A DNA stretch of 64,000 nucleotides from Xylographa opegraphella (taxonomy: Eukaryota). Shown here one piece after another: positions 1 through 10,779 of this stretch. Position numbers and translations under genes: made by a program. Each line of letters starts with the position of its first letter. Position 1 is the first letter of the stretch. The notes beneath the pieces are model-generated. The model made no database searches, was not told the origin of the DNA, and worked only from the letters and a program-made list of their open reading frames with translations. The stretch is from contig JALDZX010000001.1 in assembly GCA_022813865.1 (NCBI GenBank), positions 434,001-498,000 on the forward strand, in the 5' to 3' direction.

Positions 1-304
1 GTCCATCTGAACTTCGCATTGCTGATTTCCTTGAGCTGCTTGCGGCGATCTTCCATGGAGAGAACAGCTGCTGGTCCAAGATAGCCTGCCACTAAAGCAT
101 GCGTGACGAACCATCTTCAAACGTCCTACAACGGCAATCTAGTCACTTCCTGGAGCTTGCTCTCTCATCAATATTCCCTTTATTTCCTTCTCGAACCCCA
201 CTTCGAAGGACTCCTGATCTAGCAATCCCCAGCGGCTGGCCCCTCACCATTCCAAGCATAGTTCCGAAAGACAACGCACTGGCTCCCGCTCACCGGAGCT
301 CGCT

Positions 305-2493
305 ATGCAGCAACTCCCTGCAAATGGTGGGCTTCTCTCGTACATGTCGCCTCTAGGTCAGTTTTGCACACAATCAGCCAGTCATCGTTCTTGCTCCGAT
401 CCCGTGCCAAATTGGTTGGTTCATCTGTTCCTGCATTTCCTGCGCTGCAATTCGAGCCTCACTCCGCACATTGTGGATCTCGATATCAGACTTAGGGCTG
501 CTGACTAAGGTGCTGTAGGCTATGAGAACAACTCTTGTGGGTGAGTGAACCTCGCTCCTTGGAGGGACCGTTCGTTGAGGCAATACAGATACTGCAAATC
601 ATCCAAGAGTAAGACTGTGAAGCGTACTCGTAGGTCATATGAGTGTGCTCTCGAGTAGCACCCGCCTCTGGCTAATCTGTGCTCTACCCATCCTAAGGTT
701 TTTCGTACTATGCATATTCCAACAGAGAAGTGCAGCCAGCTCACTACCAGGGCCTTGTCGACCGTGGATGGAGGAGGTACGGCGCTCTTCCTCTGCCTTG
801 TCTACCGTGTTGCCCTGATCCTTCGACAGATCAGGGACTACCTATTACAAACCCGATCTACGGCATTCTTGTTGTCCACACTATACAATTAGGTACGTTT
901 CAGAGTGATGAAGTACCGGGTTTAGTACTGACAGGCATAAGGCTTGATGGCCTGGGCTTCAAGCCACAGAAAGACCAGAGAAAGGCCGTCAATCGCTTCA
1001 CCGAATATGTTCTCGGTCCTGACTACTCACGGCTAGCTGCTAGGCTGTGTCCTAAGAGCCGGGAGTAAGTGAATCTTATATTTACCAGGTCTCGTCAATC
1101 CGTCCACTCCCTCAACGGCGAAAATAGCTGCGGAAGATGACTTTCAGCTGACCATGTTTGGGATCGTCCCAGAGAGAAGCAGCGCTATCGAACCAAATTC
1201 GATCTCAGTTTGAGGATCCACGAAGCGGAATATCAATGCGTGAAACGCCCGATTAACTCCAGCTCCAAGAAATCAATTGAGCCAGCCCACAAGTTTGAAG
1301 TCACTCTAGAAGCGGATACCTTTACAGAAGAGAAGTATAAAGTCAGCCACAAACTACTTATTATCCTAGATGCTGAGAAATTGTAAAGATTTGCACTTTT
1401 CGCCAATTACCAAAAAGTAGTACACAAAGAGCCGCCCTCACGAATCTCCAAGGCCGGCTTCAGGTCTTTTCTATGCTCTGGTCTCACCCGGACTACTTAC
1501 AAACAAGATGGTAAAGAGCGAAGGATCGGTTCATATCATCAATGCTACAGACTCGATGGTCGCCTTGTTGCTATGGGTGTGCTTGATCTGACGCCTCAGT
1601 GTGTCAGCTCTGTGTATCTAATGTGAGATCTGACAATAGACATGACCCTGCGACCTGCAACCCTCCTGCTGACAATATCAAGGTACCATGAGTGTGTTAA
1701 TGACTGGGAATTCGGTAAGCTCAGTGCTTTGCAGGAGATTGCACTGGCTGTTGAGGCCGGGTATCGATACTACTACATGGGTATGTAGTAACGGCACAGT
1801 GCATTGGTCTCAGGATGATTGTTCGCTAACGGCCACTCCCAGGTTACTATATACACTCGTGTATCAAGATGCGCTATAAAAGCACTTTCCATCCCACTTA
1901 CGTGCTCGGTCTGTCATTAGCCACGCAATCGCGACGTTTCTCAAGCTTATTCTTGCTCAGACCCCGAGACGTACAGTTGGGACCCTCTAGATCAGGACAT
2001 ACTCGCTCGCCTCTCTGCATGTGACTACGTTTCACTGTCACGCGATCGACGACTCGGAATCAATGCTTCATCGAGTGTGACGGATAATGAGCAGGCTGCT
2101 GGCAGCACTGCAGGATCCAGCACTGCCCCAGATCCGTCCTCCATCTTTCACACGGATATGCCAGGAGTGATGAGCATCGAAGACATCAAAGAGAATATCT
2201 CACTCGGCGAGATCGATGTCCGCTTGAAGGACAAGACCGTCAATTTAGCAGTATGTAGCCCTTATCCGTTTGCGTTTTTGCTTGTAGTCCTTTGCTGTGT
2301 GTCTCAGCGTGGAAATGTGATATTGAAGCGCACAGCGCAGCTGACATTATTACTCCGCCAGAGACTCGGTGAATGGGACGACGAGGAGATGATCGATACC
2401 TCGGGCGTGCAAGGTGTTGCGGCCGAGTTTGTGGCTTGCATAGGACCGCTGCTGGCGAGGGAGATTGTGATTGACCTGAGCGGCGGGATGTAG
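305..2493 (+). CDS. ATE1: Arginyl-tRNA--protein transferase (N-degron pathway), about 12 exons
   Basis: Splicing by eye gives MQQLPANGGLLSYMSPLG-YENNSCG-YCKSSKSFSYY...[31 protein letters not shown]...GSYHQCYRLDGRLVAMGVLDL...FGKLSALQEI...YYYMG-YYIHSCIKMRYK, the ATE_N/ATE_C motifs. Stop at 2491-2493. Confidence 0.93.
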
Positions 2494-3069
2494 GCGATAC
2501 CTGCTTGCGGCAGGTTTTAGGATTTCGTCTTCCAATCGCTACGCTCTGTTAGAGTCTCGGCTACGTTTCTCATGTTTTTCATTCTCCTAACGTTTACGCT
2601 GTACACGAAGCTCAGTCACTCTACTCTCTAGCGGATATGGATACCATGTGGATGTGTACTTCGTATAGTGATCACAATAGTAAGTCTTCAGAATGTGGCT
2701 GGGGAGGTTATGTCACGTGATCTATTAAAGCACAAGATTCTGATCAATTCATTCATGCTTGTATACGAAGACACCAGAGCCCAGAGGCGACGAAAAACCT
2801 AGAATTACTAAACTGAGATTCGGAGGGGCGCCCCACGACATGGTCCCGAATCGGCATGAGCAATGCACTCATGCAAAATAGTATATCGCGATAACAGACC
2901 ACCGTCCTGATCGTACGTAGGACTACTACTCTCTTCTATAGCTCGCGTGCTGGAACCGGGCTGCTCAGCCATGAGGTCCATTCGCAAGAGTGACTCAAGC
3001 TGGGAGGCCGCGCGGGCTTGTAAATCACAAGCGAACACTTCATTACAGAAAGAGTCGGTAAAGCCGAGA

Positions 3070-3627
3070 CCATGAGGATAAAATAAGTACTTTCCCCTCC
3101 ACCTCGGTACCTTGAAATATACTCCACTTGCATCAACGGAGCCATCGGCTCATATCGACTATCCGAGCGTGCAAGGAGCAACATCTCTCTGTTTCTTAAT
3201 CCGATATTCATCACTGAAAAGATGAGCAGTAGTGGCGCACAAGGCAAGCTCTTCACGCTCTTGCCCAAAACAGCTTGTGAACCCCATGTATAATCGAGTG
3301 TGCCTCCCTGCGTCGGGTGTCACGTCTCAATGTCTACCTATATGGCCGGGGAAAGCACCAAAAAACTCGGGCCTCCATATCAAGCTCTGCAACTGCTGGG
3401 GGCTTCTGCCAACACAGTTGCGGGAAGTTTCATATGTACGCGTTGATCGGGTGTACGATGTACCACTCGAGATTCTGCAGCAGGTGGCACCTAATCTGGA
3501 TGGATCGAGTTTGGAGCTGAAGCAAGAGTCTTACGATGCAATCAGGAGGAGGATTGCAAGGTTGAGAGACGAGGGATTGTCCATGAATTGGTCGGACCAA
3601 GTGGCAGCCGCGGCCCAGCAGCTCTGA
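3070..3627 (+). pseudogene. Diverged or decayed small fungal protein, possibly with a PemK/MazF-like (DUF6590-like) fold
   Basis: ORF 3232-3627 has CLPIWP...LHIKL...LREVSYVRVDRVYDVPLEIL...LELKQESY, a pattern I recall from fungal PemK-like domains. The apparent N-terminal part lies upstream in another frame and there is no convincing start. Confidence 0.3.
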
Positions 3628-3738
3628 TGTGACGTGGATCACTCGATAAAGGGAACAGGGTCGCAGGGGTAAAGGATTCGCTTCCCAATATCTATACTGT
3701 CTCCAGTTTGCAGTTATGTGAGTGCTGGAAATAGGTTG

Positions 3739-5130
3739 TTAAGGTTTTGCGATGAGCTGCTGGTACTTCAAAATAAATCCTTCGGTTGCGGTGACAAAGC
3801 GCTCTGTATCCCCCTTGGTGATCTCGATGCTCAACGCTATAAAGCCTCTCTGTGCAAGATAAATTCGCTCCTGCAGCATGTGGTGATAGTAGAGCTCCAA
3901 CAAAAGATCCTTGCCTGGCCCATTAAAGTGGATAACCAAGATACTACCAATACCACTGACCCACATCTTCGGAGTCATGGCTGTAGTATTCGAGGATGAT
4001 TGTTCCGTGCCGTTTTCACAGGTGTCTATTCTTGATGTAACTCTCGTTAATTCGCCAAGACCATGACGTTGAAGCACAGCTTCAATCGACTCCCTGAAAT
4101 ACTCTCCAATTGCGTTTAACTTATTTATTCTTTCCTCGTCCAGCAGCCCACATCCAGCACAGCCGGCTGCCATAGTGACAATGTTGTTATTGAAAGTCCC
4201 AGCATGGCTTAGTTTACCAGACCTTGGATCAAACATTTCCATGATGTCCCTTCTTCCTCCAAAGGCACCGAAAGTCATTCCACCTCCAATCCATTTACCA
4301 AGCGTCATCAGATCCGGGCGTATTCCGAGTTTGTCACCTAACCCTCGGTACGACAATCGACTTGTCATGACTTCGTCAAATATTAGCAGAGCCCCCAGTT
4401 GAGTTGCTGTGCTGCGAAGATAATGGAGGAAACCTTCCGATCCGGGGATACCTCCTCCACTGCCTAGCATGGGCTCTACGAGAATAGCAGCAAGACTGCT
4501 AGGCGGTAGACCTTCGAGAAGCGCATTCGTTGAGTCTATATCGTTGTAGCTGCCCACCAACCACTCATGCGGAAGGTTCATCTTGTCTAGAGCTGAGTGG
4601 AAGCTGATGGTAGATCCATGATACCCATGGAGGAACACCAAGATCTTTTTCCGTCCAGTCCAAGCAATAGCAGCCGCGACAGCGCACATGTTAGCCTCAG
4701 TTCCAGAATTGGTGAAGCGGACCAATTCGATAGTAGGGCAAAAGCGTTTGCAAACAATCTTTGCAAGAGTTTTCTCGTAAATATTGGTACCACCAAAGTT
4801 CCAACCATTTGAGAGAGCCTCATCAATCGCTCCTCGTATTATGGAGTTGTTATGACCATAGATGCCAGCGGTATATTCTCCGAGAAAATCAAGATATATA
4901 CCTTCGTCTAAGGAAGTCAACGAAGAACCACACCCCTGCTTGAAAGTCAATGGAAAAGGGCTAGCATGCAGAACTGTTCGAGTGTTGCCGCCCGGCATGT
5001 ATTGGCACGATTCTGAGTATGCTTGCGCAGACTTTGGGTTCGCTAGAACGTACTCGGTCCGCGCCTTTGAAGCCGCTGCTTCCAAAGCATCATGGGTGTT
5101 TCGGCACTGGTCTATGGGGAGAGAACCCAT
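3739..5130 (-). CDS. PLP-dependent class III aminotransferase (beta-amino-acid transaminase / glutamate-1-semialdehyde aminomutase-like), intronless
   Basis: 463-aa ORF with MPGGNTRTVL, DFLGEYTAG, VRFTNSGTEAN, YHG, LIFDEVMTSRL, LMTLGKWIGGG (PLP lysine) and HAGTFNNN. Confidence 0.92.
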   Translation of the reverse strand: MGSLPIDQCRNTHDALEAAASKARTEYVLANPKSAQAYSESCQYMPGGNTRTVLHASPFPLTFKQGCGSSLTSLDEGIYLDFLGEYTAGIYGHNNSIIRGAIDEALSNGWNFGGTNIYEKTLAKIVCKRFCPTIELVRFTNSGTEANMCAVAAAIAWTGRKKILVFLHGYHGSTISFHSALDKMNLPHEWLVGSYNDIDSTNALLEGLPPSSLAAILVEPMLGSGGGIPGSEGFLHYLRSTATQLGALLIFDEVMTSRLSYRGLGDKLGIRPDLMTLGKWIGGGMTFGAFGGRRDIMEMFDPRSGKLSHAGTFNNNIVTMAAGCAGCGLLDEERINKLNAIGEYFRESIEAVLQRHGLGELTRVTSRIDTCENGTEQSSSNTTAMTPKMWVSGIGSILVIHFNGPGKDLLLELYYHHMLQERIYLAQRGFIALSIEITKGDTERFVTATEGFILKYQQLIAKP

Positions 5131-5793
5131 TGCAACAGCGAGAACGCCAGTCGCTCTGAATGTCAGAGGTCAAGATGCAAGGAGAATAACGAAAATAAAA
5201 GCAGCCGTGTCGGACTCAGTGCACGGGTCGAGAACCGACATTCGATTAGCTCGTTACGCAAGCGATACTTGCATTCGAATAGGGCTAATACTAGTTCATG
5301 ATATAGTTTTCGAGCACGATGTACCTTACGTTACCTCCGGAGTACCTCAAGGTACTGCGTTCCCTGATACTTTAGGTATGGCTCGCTTTTGTCTGGCATG
5401 CAAGCTAGGCAACCAGCACGAAATGCCATTATCGTTAAGGAAGGACGACCCTCCTCCTAACTGGGATTATATGAGCTGTCACGCTTAGACGGATCGTATC
5501 AGACTAGTAGGTGGCCTCCCCAGCACATGAACGACTCCAGCTAACGTGGTCTTGGTACGAGTGAAGTCTGCTGTACCCAGAGGCGAATAGTAAGGAGGTT
5601 GTGCAGATGGGATTATGAAGATGGAGGTAACTCCGTACCTTGTGGATACTATTGGACGCTAGTGTATCGTAATCAATATGTAACAAATAATGAAAGCCGG
5701 CTCCGATTAGTATGACGACGACCTCGATATTAACAGTATCACAACAATCTCATTCACTAAAGTTCCTATCAAGTCTTCCCTTTGAGAAGCAGT

Positions 5794-6471
5794 ATGGCAG
5801 AAGCTCAAAGCAGGGATGCAGGGGCGAAAGAACGCATCATTCAGCACATGAATCAGGATCATCAAGATTCACTGGTGCGATACCTCGAACACAAATGCCA
5901 TGTTTCTTCATATTACGCCCGCAATGCTCACCTTGAAGATATTACTTTCAACTCCATGACAATAACATCGGGCAAAGGCTGTCGTTATGTCATCCCAGTA
6001 GACCCGCCGCTTACATCTTGGTCAGAAGCACGCTCACGAGTAGTCGCTATGGATGCGGAATGTATTGACGGCCTGAAACGGTCGAACATTACGGTCAAGA
6101 AATACAAGAGACCCAAAGGTGTCTGGATTATAGCACCTTTTCTTGTTGCCGGCACCATGACGGCTTTTTCGAAACGCTCGAACTTCGAGCCTGGATCATT
6201 TCTCTATGATTATCTTTTAAAGTCCGTCCCGGACTTTGCAAAGTTCTGCCATACTATTCAACCTTATCTCCTACCTGGCGTGATTATGATCCATACTACT
6301 GAAGCAGCACACATGGCATCCTCCAGACTGGACAAACACTCTGTACCAAGGTTTGGCGCTCTTTGGTGGAAGTGGGTCATCAGTACCTTTTTTGAAGGTA
6401 TTGACGCTTTCAAGAGGTTTGATCGGATTGTTGCAGACCAGGAGGATCTAAAGGCCAAGCTCAAGCATTAA
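5794..6471 (+). CDS. DUF2470-domain membrane protein with a TMEM254-like C-terminus
   Basis: RIIQHMNQDHQDSL is the DUF2470 signature. It is followed by hydrophobic segments and IHTTEA...WWKWVISTFFEG. ATG at 5794. Confidence 0.8.
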   Translation: MAEAQSRDAGAKERIIQHMNQDHQDSLVRYLEHKCHVSSYYARNAHLEDITFNSMTITSGKGCRYVIPVDPPLTSWSEARSRVVAMDAECIDGLKRSNITVKKYKRPKGVWIIAPFLVAGTMTAFSKRSNFEPGSFLYDYLLKSVPDFAKFCHTIQPYLLPGVIMIHTTEAAHMASSRLDKHSVPRFGALWWKWVISTFFEGIDAFKRFDRIVADQEDLKAKLKH

Positions 6472-7219
6472 GGTAAGCCAAAGCCAGCACATTGTAGAGA
6501 CAAAGATTGCTGATTGCCAATTGAAGTAGCATCCAGCCTTGCGTTGGTGGGCGCCTACTCCCACGCACAAGGTACAACTCGGTTCTTGTGGGGATATTTG
6601 CTCTCTCACGCTGAGCTATGCCTCTTTGCACATTGTTAGCCGACTGCTTAGGTGTCCAGGCAGCGAAAGCAAGCACTCCTTGATTTTCATTGGTCGGAAG
6701 TGATCCTTATGTACATTGCTATGGCACCATGTTCATGTATACTATAGTGGTGACATTGAATAATGGTTGAAACATAGCAGAGTATTGGTGAGCTCTCCAC
6801 ACGAGATGTCTTTAGAGTTTAGAACATGGGCAATGTTGTTCTAGCTATAGATAATGGAAAATACTTTGGGATTGACTTGCATTTCTGACCAAATATAGAC
6901 TTCTACTTTGACGTAGCAGCCACATGGTACTGAATTTTTGATTGAGACATGCATACTCCGAAACCCAATATCTCACAAGCTGTTTGTGAATATGTTTAAT
7001 GAGCAGGCATGCAAATCGAATATTTCCTGGAGTTAGTGCCAAGACTACTCTTACTAGATAAAGTTAGAAGGACATAGATCCTAGTCTGGGTCTAAGCGAG
7101 TAGGGCACACTGGGGAAATTCAAGATCGCTCAAGCGACGACAACCATAATCTCAATCACTACCACCAACGCGCTCTACACTCTGATATCATCTGCGCTGG
7201 AAGGCGACGACTGCTTACG

Positions 7220-7341
7220 GTACGTTCTCAGTCTCGCGGTATCGCTTCGTATGGATTTTATGTGAAGCGAACAATTATCAGGCGATTCGAGCTGCAAGTT
7301 GTTCATAGTAACTTACCTCATACTGATCTCAATCCTTCCAG
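7220..7341 (+). other. 5'-UTR intron of RPS8
   Basis: GTACGT donor at 7220, ACTGAT branch point and TTCCAG acceptor at 7341, 22 nt before the ATG. Confidence 0.7.
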
Positions 7342-7363
7342 TCGTCTCTAATCCACCGCAAAC

Positions 7364-8031
7364 ATGGGTATCTCTCGTGACTCGCGTCACAAGCGCTCAG
7401 CTACTGGTGCGAAGCGGTCATATTACCGCAAGAAGAGGTACGGAAGTGCGGCCAGCTTAACAAATAATTGTTCTAAATGGTCTCCAGAGCTTTCGAGAAA
7501 GGTCGCCAGCCAGCAAACACCCGTATCGGAGCAAAGCGTATCCATCTTGTCCGCACGCGCGGAGGCAACCAAAAATTCCGCGCTCTGCGTATCGACTCTG
7601 GTAACTTCTCTTGGGGCTCTGAGGGCATAGCTCGCAAAGTCCGTGTTATCGTTGTGGCTTTCCATCCCTCCAACAACGAGCTCGTCCGTACGAATACTCT
7701 TACAAAAGCTGCCGTTGTGCAGATCGACGCAGCACCCTTCCGACAATGGTACGAGGCACACTATGGTCAGGCTCTGGGACGGAGACGTCAAGCGAAGACT
7801 GCCAAGGAGGGCGAGACTATGGAGGAGAAGAAGAAGAGCAAGAGTGTTGAGAAGAAGATGGCAACAAGAATGGCTGCACAAGGCAAGGTCGAGCCGGCAT
7901 TGGAGAGACAGTTTGAGGCTGGTCGTCTGTACGCCGTGGTTGCATCAAGGCCTGGGCAGAGTGGGCGTGTGGACGGATACATATTGGAGGGTGAGGAGCT
8001 TGCGTTCTACCAGCGTGCTATCAGGAAGTGA
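7364..8031 (+). CDS. RPS8: 40S ribosomal protein S8 (eS8); intron 7438-7487
   Basis: MGISRDSRHKRSATGAKRSYYRKKR joined to AFEKGRQPANTRIG...SRPGQSGRVDGYILEGEELAFY. Confidence 0.98.
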
Positions 8032-8298
8032 GGGAGGTTTTCGGTCAGTGTGCCTGCTACGAGACATGCCTGCCCTCCATTGCTGCTTAGAATCCGCACA
8101 TGGGCATAATTGGTACAGATAGCAATGACAATGTCAAAATTCATCCTAGCCTTCGAGCCAAAATTTGGTTTGGTCTCAGCTGTGGTGATTATTGAGGAGT
8201 ACGCTCGGATGACGATATGTCTACTCTGACGATTTAACATCTTGGCCAGGGCTTCGCATCACCTCCATTTCAACATGCATTTTCCGTGTACTGTCATG

Positions 8299-8375
8299 CT
8301 GGCTCTTAATTGAACTAAGCCTGGCTCTTAATTGAACTAAGCCTGGCTCTTAATTGAACTAAGCCCGGCTCTTGA
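8299..8375. repeat. 22-bp minisatellite, about 3.5 copies
   Basis: CTGGCTCTTAATTGAACTAAGC exact at 8299, 8321 and 8343, with a degenerate partial copy at 8365. Confidence 0.95.
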
Positions 8376-8993
8376 TCAATCGAGTCTGCTACTCGAGTCT
8401 CAAAGGGGAGGTTTGGTGGCATAGGTGGACGCGGTCGTTCTGCCACAAAAATTGGAGACTCACTTCCTAGGGTGCTGATATTTGGCATATCATGCATTGG
8501 TTTGACCGAGAGGATGTTACTGGAATCTCGAAACATGGCCAGGCTTTTTTCACTTTTCTAAATGGGTCGCGGGGGGGGGGTTTTTACGGTACAGGCTATC
8601 GGCGTGATTAATTGAGATATTGTCAGTCAATTTGTTGCACAACGACCACGACCAAGACAAAGTCACGAGATGTACTTCCATTCCTTGGCTGGATTACTCA
8701 GCCACTCGGCATCCTCGGGAATGCTGCTATGTTTGTATCTGGACGTGCTTCAATCGGTTTGATCGGCGGCCATGGCAGTTCTCCACCTTGCAATGTGATG
8801 CTGCACATTCGAAACTCGTGGTATCGTAAGCCACGATATGCTATTCTAAGACCCTAGATCTCCCTTCCAGCGCCCATAAGTCTAATGTCAGTCAATTGAG
8901 TATATATCGCACAAGCGCGAACCGATGTGCTTATATACACATAAAAAACAATTCCTCCGCTAGCAGAAGCGAAGTCGAGAACGCGAACCCCCA

Positions 8994-10779
8994 TCAACTT
9001 GAGGGAACGATGCATAGCGGAACGACGTTCAGTGTGACAGAGTGGCAAGTAAGACCGTTAAAGCCCACGCCCGGTTCGGTGAAAACAAGGACCGGACTTG
9101 AGTTAATGCAGATAACAGGATTTAACACAGAATTGATATTACATGAAAGTCTGTTGTTCTGGATAACGCAATGAAAAGGCGTATTTATCCCACTGGACAC
9201 GGCGGATGCTGGTGTGAATGTGGCATAGGTACCCGTCATACTAGACGCGGTTGAAGAAACGACAGAAAGAAGACCGCCATTATATTCGTATAAATTGTTG
9301 CCGACGAGTGTATATGCAGACGCCGTTGTAATGGTCGATCCAGGTGTTGCGAGGTCGGCACCCTAATTCACAAAGGGGGTACTATATAGGTACTCGTTGT
9401 TATATCCTCCGCCTTGGAGTTGGATAGCGAATGTAGGTTGTGGGTTGGCACATGCAGGTGTGACGGTTACGGTCGGCCCGATAACTGCTGTCGTTGTTAC
9501 AGTTGACTCCAAAGTTTGAAAAGTCGTGGCTACCACGGTCGCAGTAGTTACTGTATCAGTTTCAGTAAGCTCTGAGAGTATTACTGTCGCTGTCGCAACT
9601 GTGGCCGTGTCAAGTTCTGTATAGTCTGTTGTGAGGACTGTGACCGTGCTATCAGTAACAACATCAGTCTCGGTACTGGTTGTTACTGTATCTGTTTCTG
9701 TGCTAACGATTGTCGTAATGGTGACTGTAGCATCGGTTACGATCGCAGTAGCAGTACTAACAGTGGCGGAATCCGTTTCCGTACTGACCGTGGTAAGAAC
9801 TGTCTGCGTGAGCTGAGTTACAATAGCCACAGCGGTCGAAAGAGTGACTGTTGATGTGACTGTCGATACAGTATATATATAAGGAACCGTGACTGTAGTT
9901 GAAGGCGCAGGAAGGGTTGTAGTTTGTGCCGTAGCGCCGATGCAGGAGCACGCACTCGAGAATCGAAAAGAGCCTGAACATGCGGAAGCAAAAGAAGGAA
10001 TTGAATTCGGCGCTATGATAGTTGGAGTCGCTTGTGATGTGATAGCACGGTCAACAAGAGTCACGAGCATCGTAGACGTAATTGTGTCTGTAACAACATC
10101 TGTATAAGTGGCTGTCAAATCTAGGACAGATGTGACCGCGACATCATCAATACTGGTAATCGTGACCAAGTCGGTTTCTGTTGCAGTTACATCAACCACA
10201 AGTGTTTCCGTGGCATCCACAACCGTTGTCGCTGTTGTATCGAGCTCTGTCGTGGCGATGACATCAACGATGAAAGTCGTCGTTGCATCCACCACATCCC
10301 TAGCTGTGGCAAAAATTGTAGTGGTCGGAGTCTCATTTATGATAGTGGTCGCTGTAAGACTCACTGCCGTCGTTGCTGTGGTGTAAACGGTCGTCGTGAC
10401 GGTAACAACGTCCGTTGCTGAAGCTGTTGCTGGAATAGAAGAGGTAGCCGTTATAGTTCTGAAAGAGTAAACCTAGTAATTGCTGTATACACGATGTCTG
10501 CTAGGAGTACGTACACTGTCGGGGGAATGACTGTAGTGAGGAAGTAAGAAGAACAACTTCCATCGCCAGACCTTGTAGGGTAAGCAGAAGCTCTAACAGC
10601 TAGAATACTTTACGTCAATCTCTCGATTCGTCCCAACCTGGTACTATGAAGCATGATGACTAACCTCGAAGGCAGTTATCTGCATTACAAACAGAAAGAG
10701 TAGTGGATGAAGAAGCGGCAACTACCAGGGTTGGAAAGGAGGATAGATAACTCAGGACCAGGAGGACCGGGAGAAGCAT
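8994..10779 (-). CDS. Secreted Thr/Val-rich mucin- or adhesin-like protein, interrupted by an in-frame TAG at 9363-9365 (possible pseudogene)
   Basis: ATG at 10779 gives signal peptide MLLPVLLVLSYLSSFPTLVVA and CNADNCLR, an intron, AVRASAYPTRSGDGSCSSYF, a second intron, then Thr-rich repeats with PSFASACSGSFRFSSACSCIG. A Cys-containing C-terminal domain continues in frame past the TAG to 8994. Confidence 0.8.

Noticed and set aside
357..518. ATE1 intron 1 with two hairpins as a possible snoRNA
   Set aside because: No correctly placed H/ACA or C/D boxes found.
8299..8375. CRISPR-like direct repeats
   Set aside because: No spacers, eukaryotic context and no cas genes; a simple tandem repeat.
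8285..8595. Possible MITE with TA target-site duplication
   Set aside because: The putative termini (CTGTCATG versus CCGTAAAA) do not form a convincing inverted repeat.
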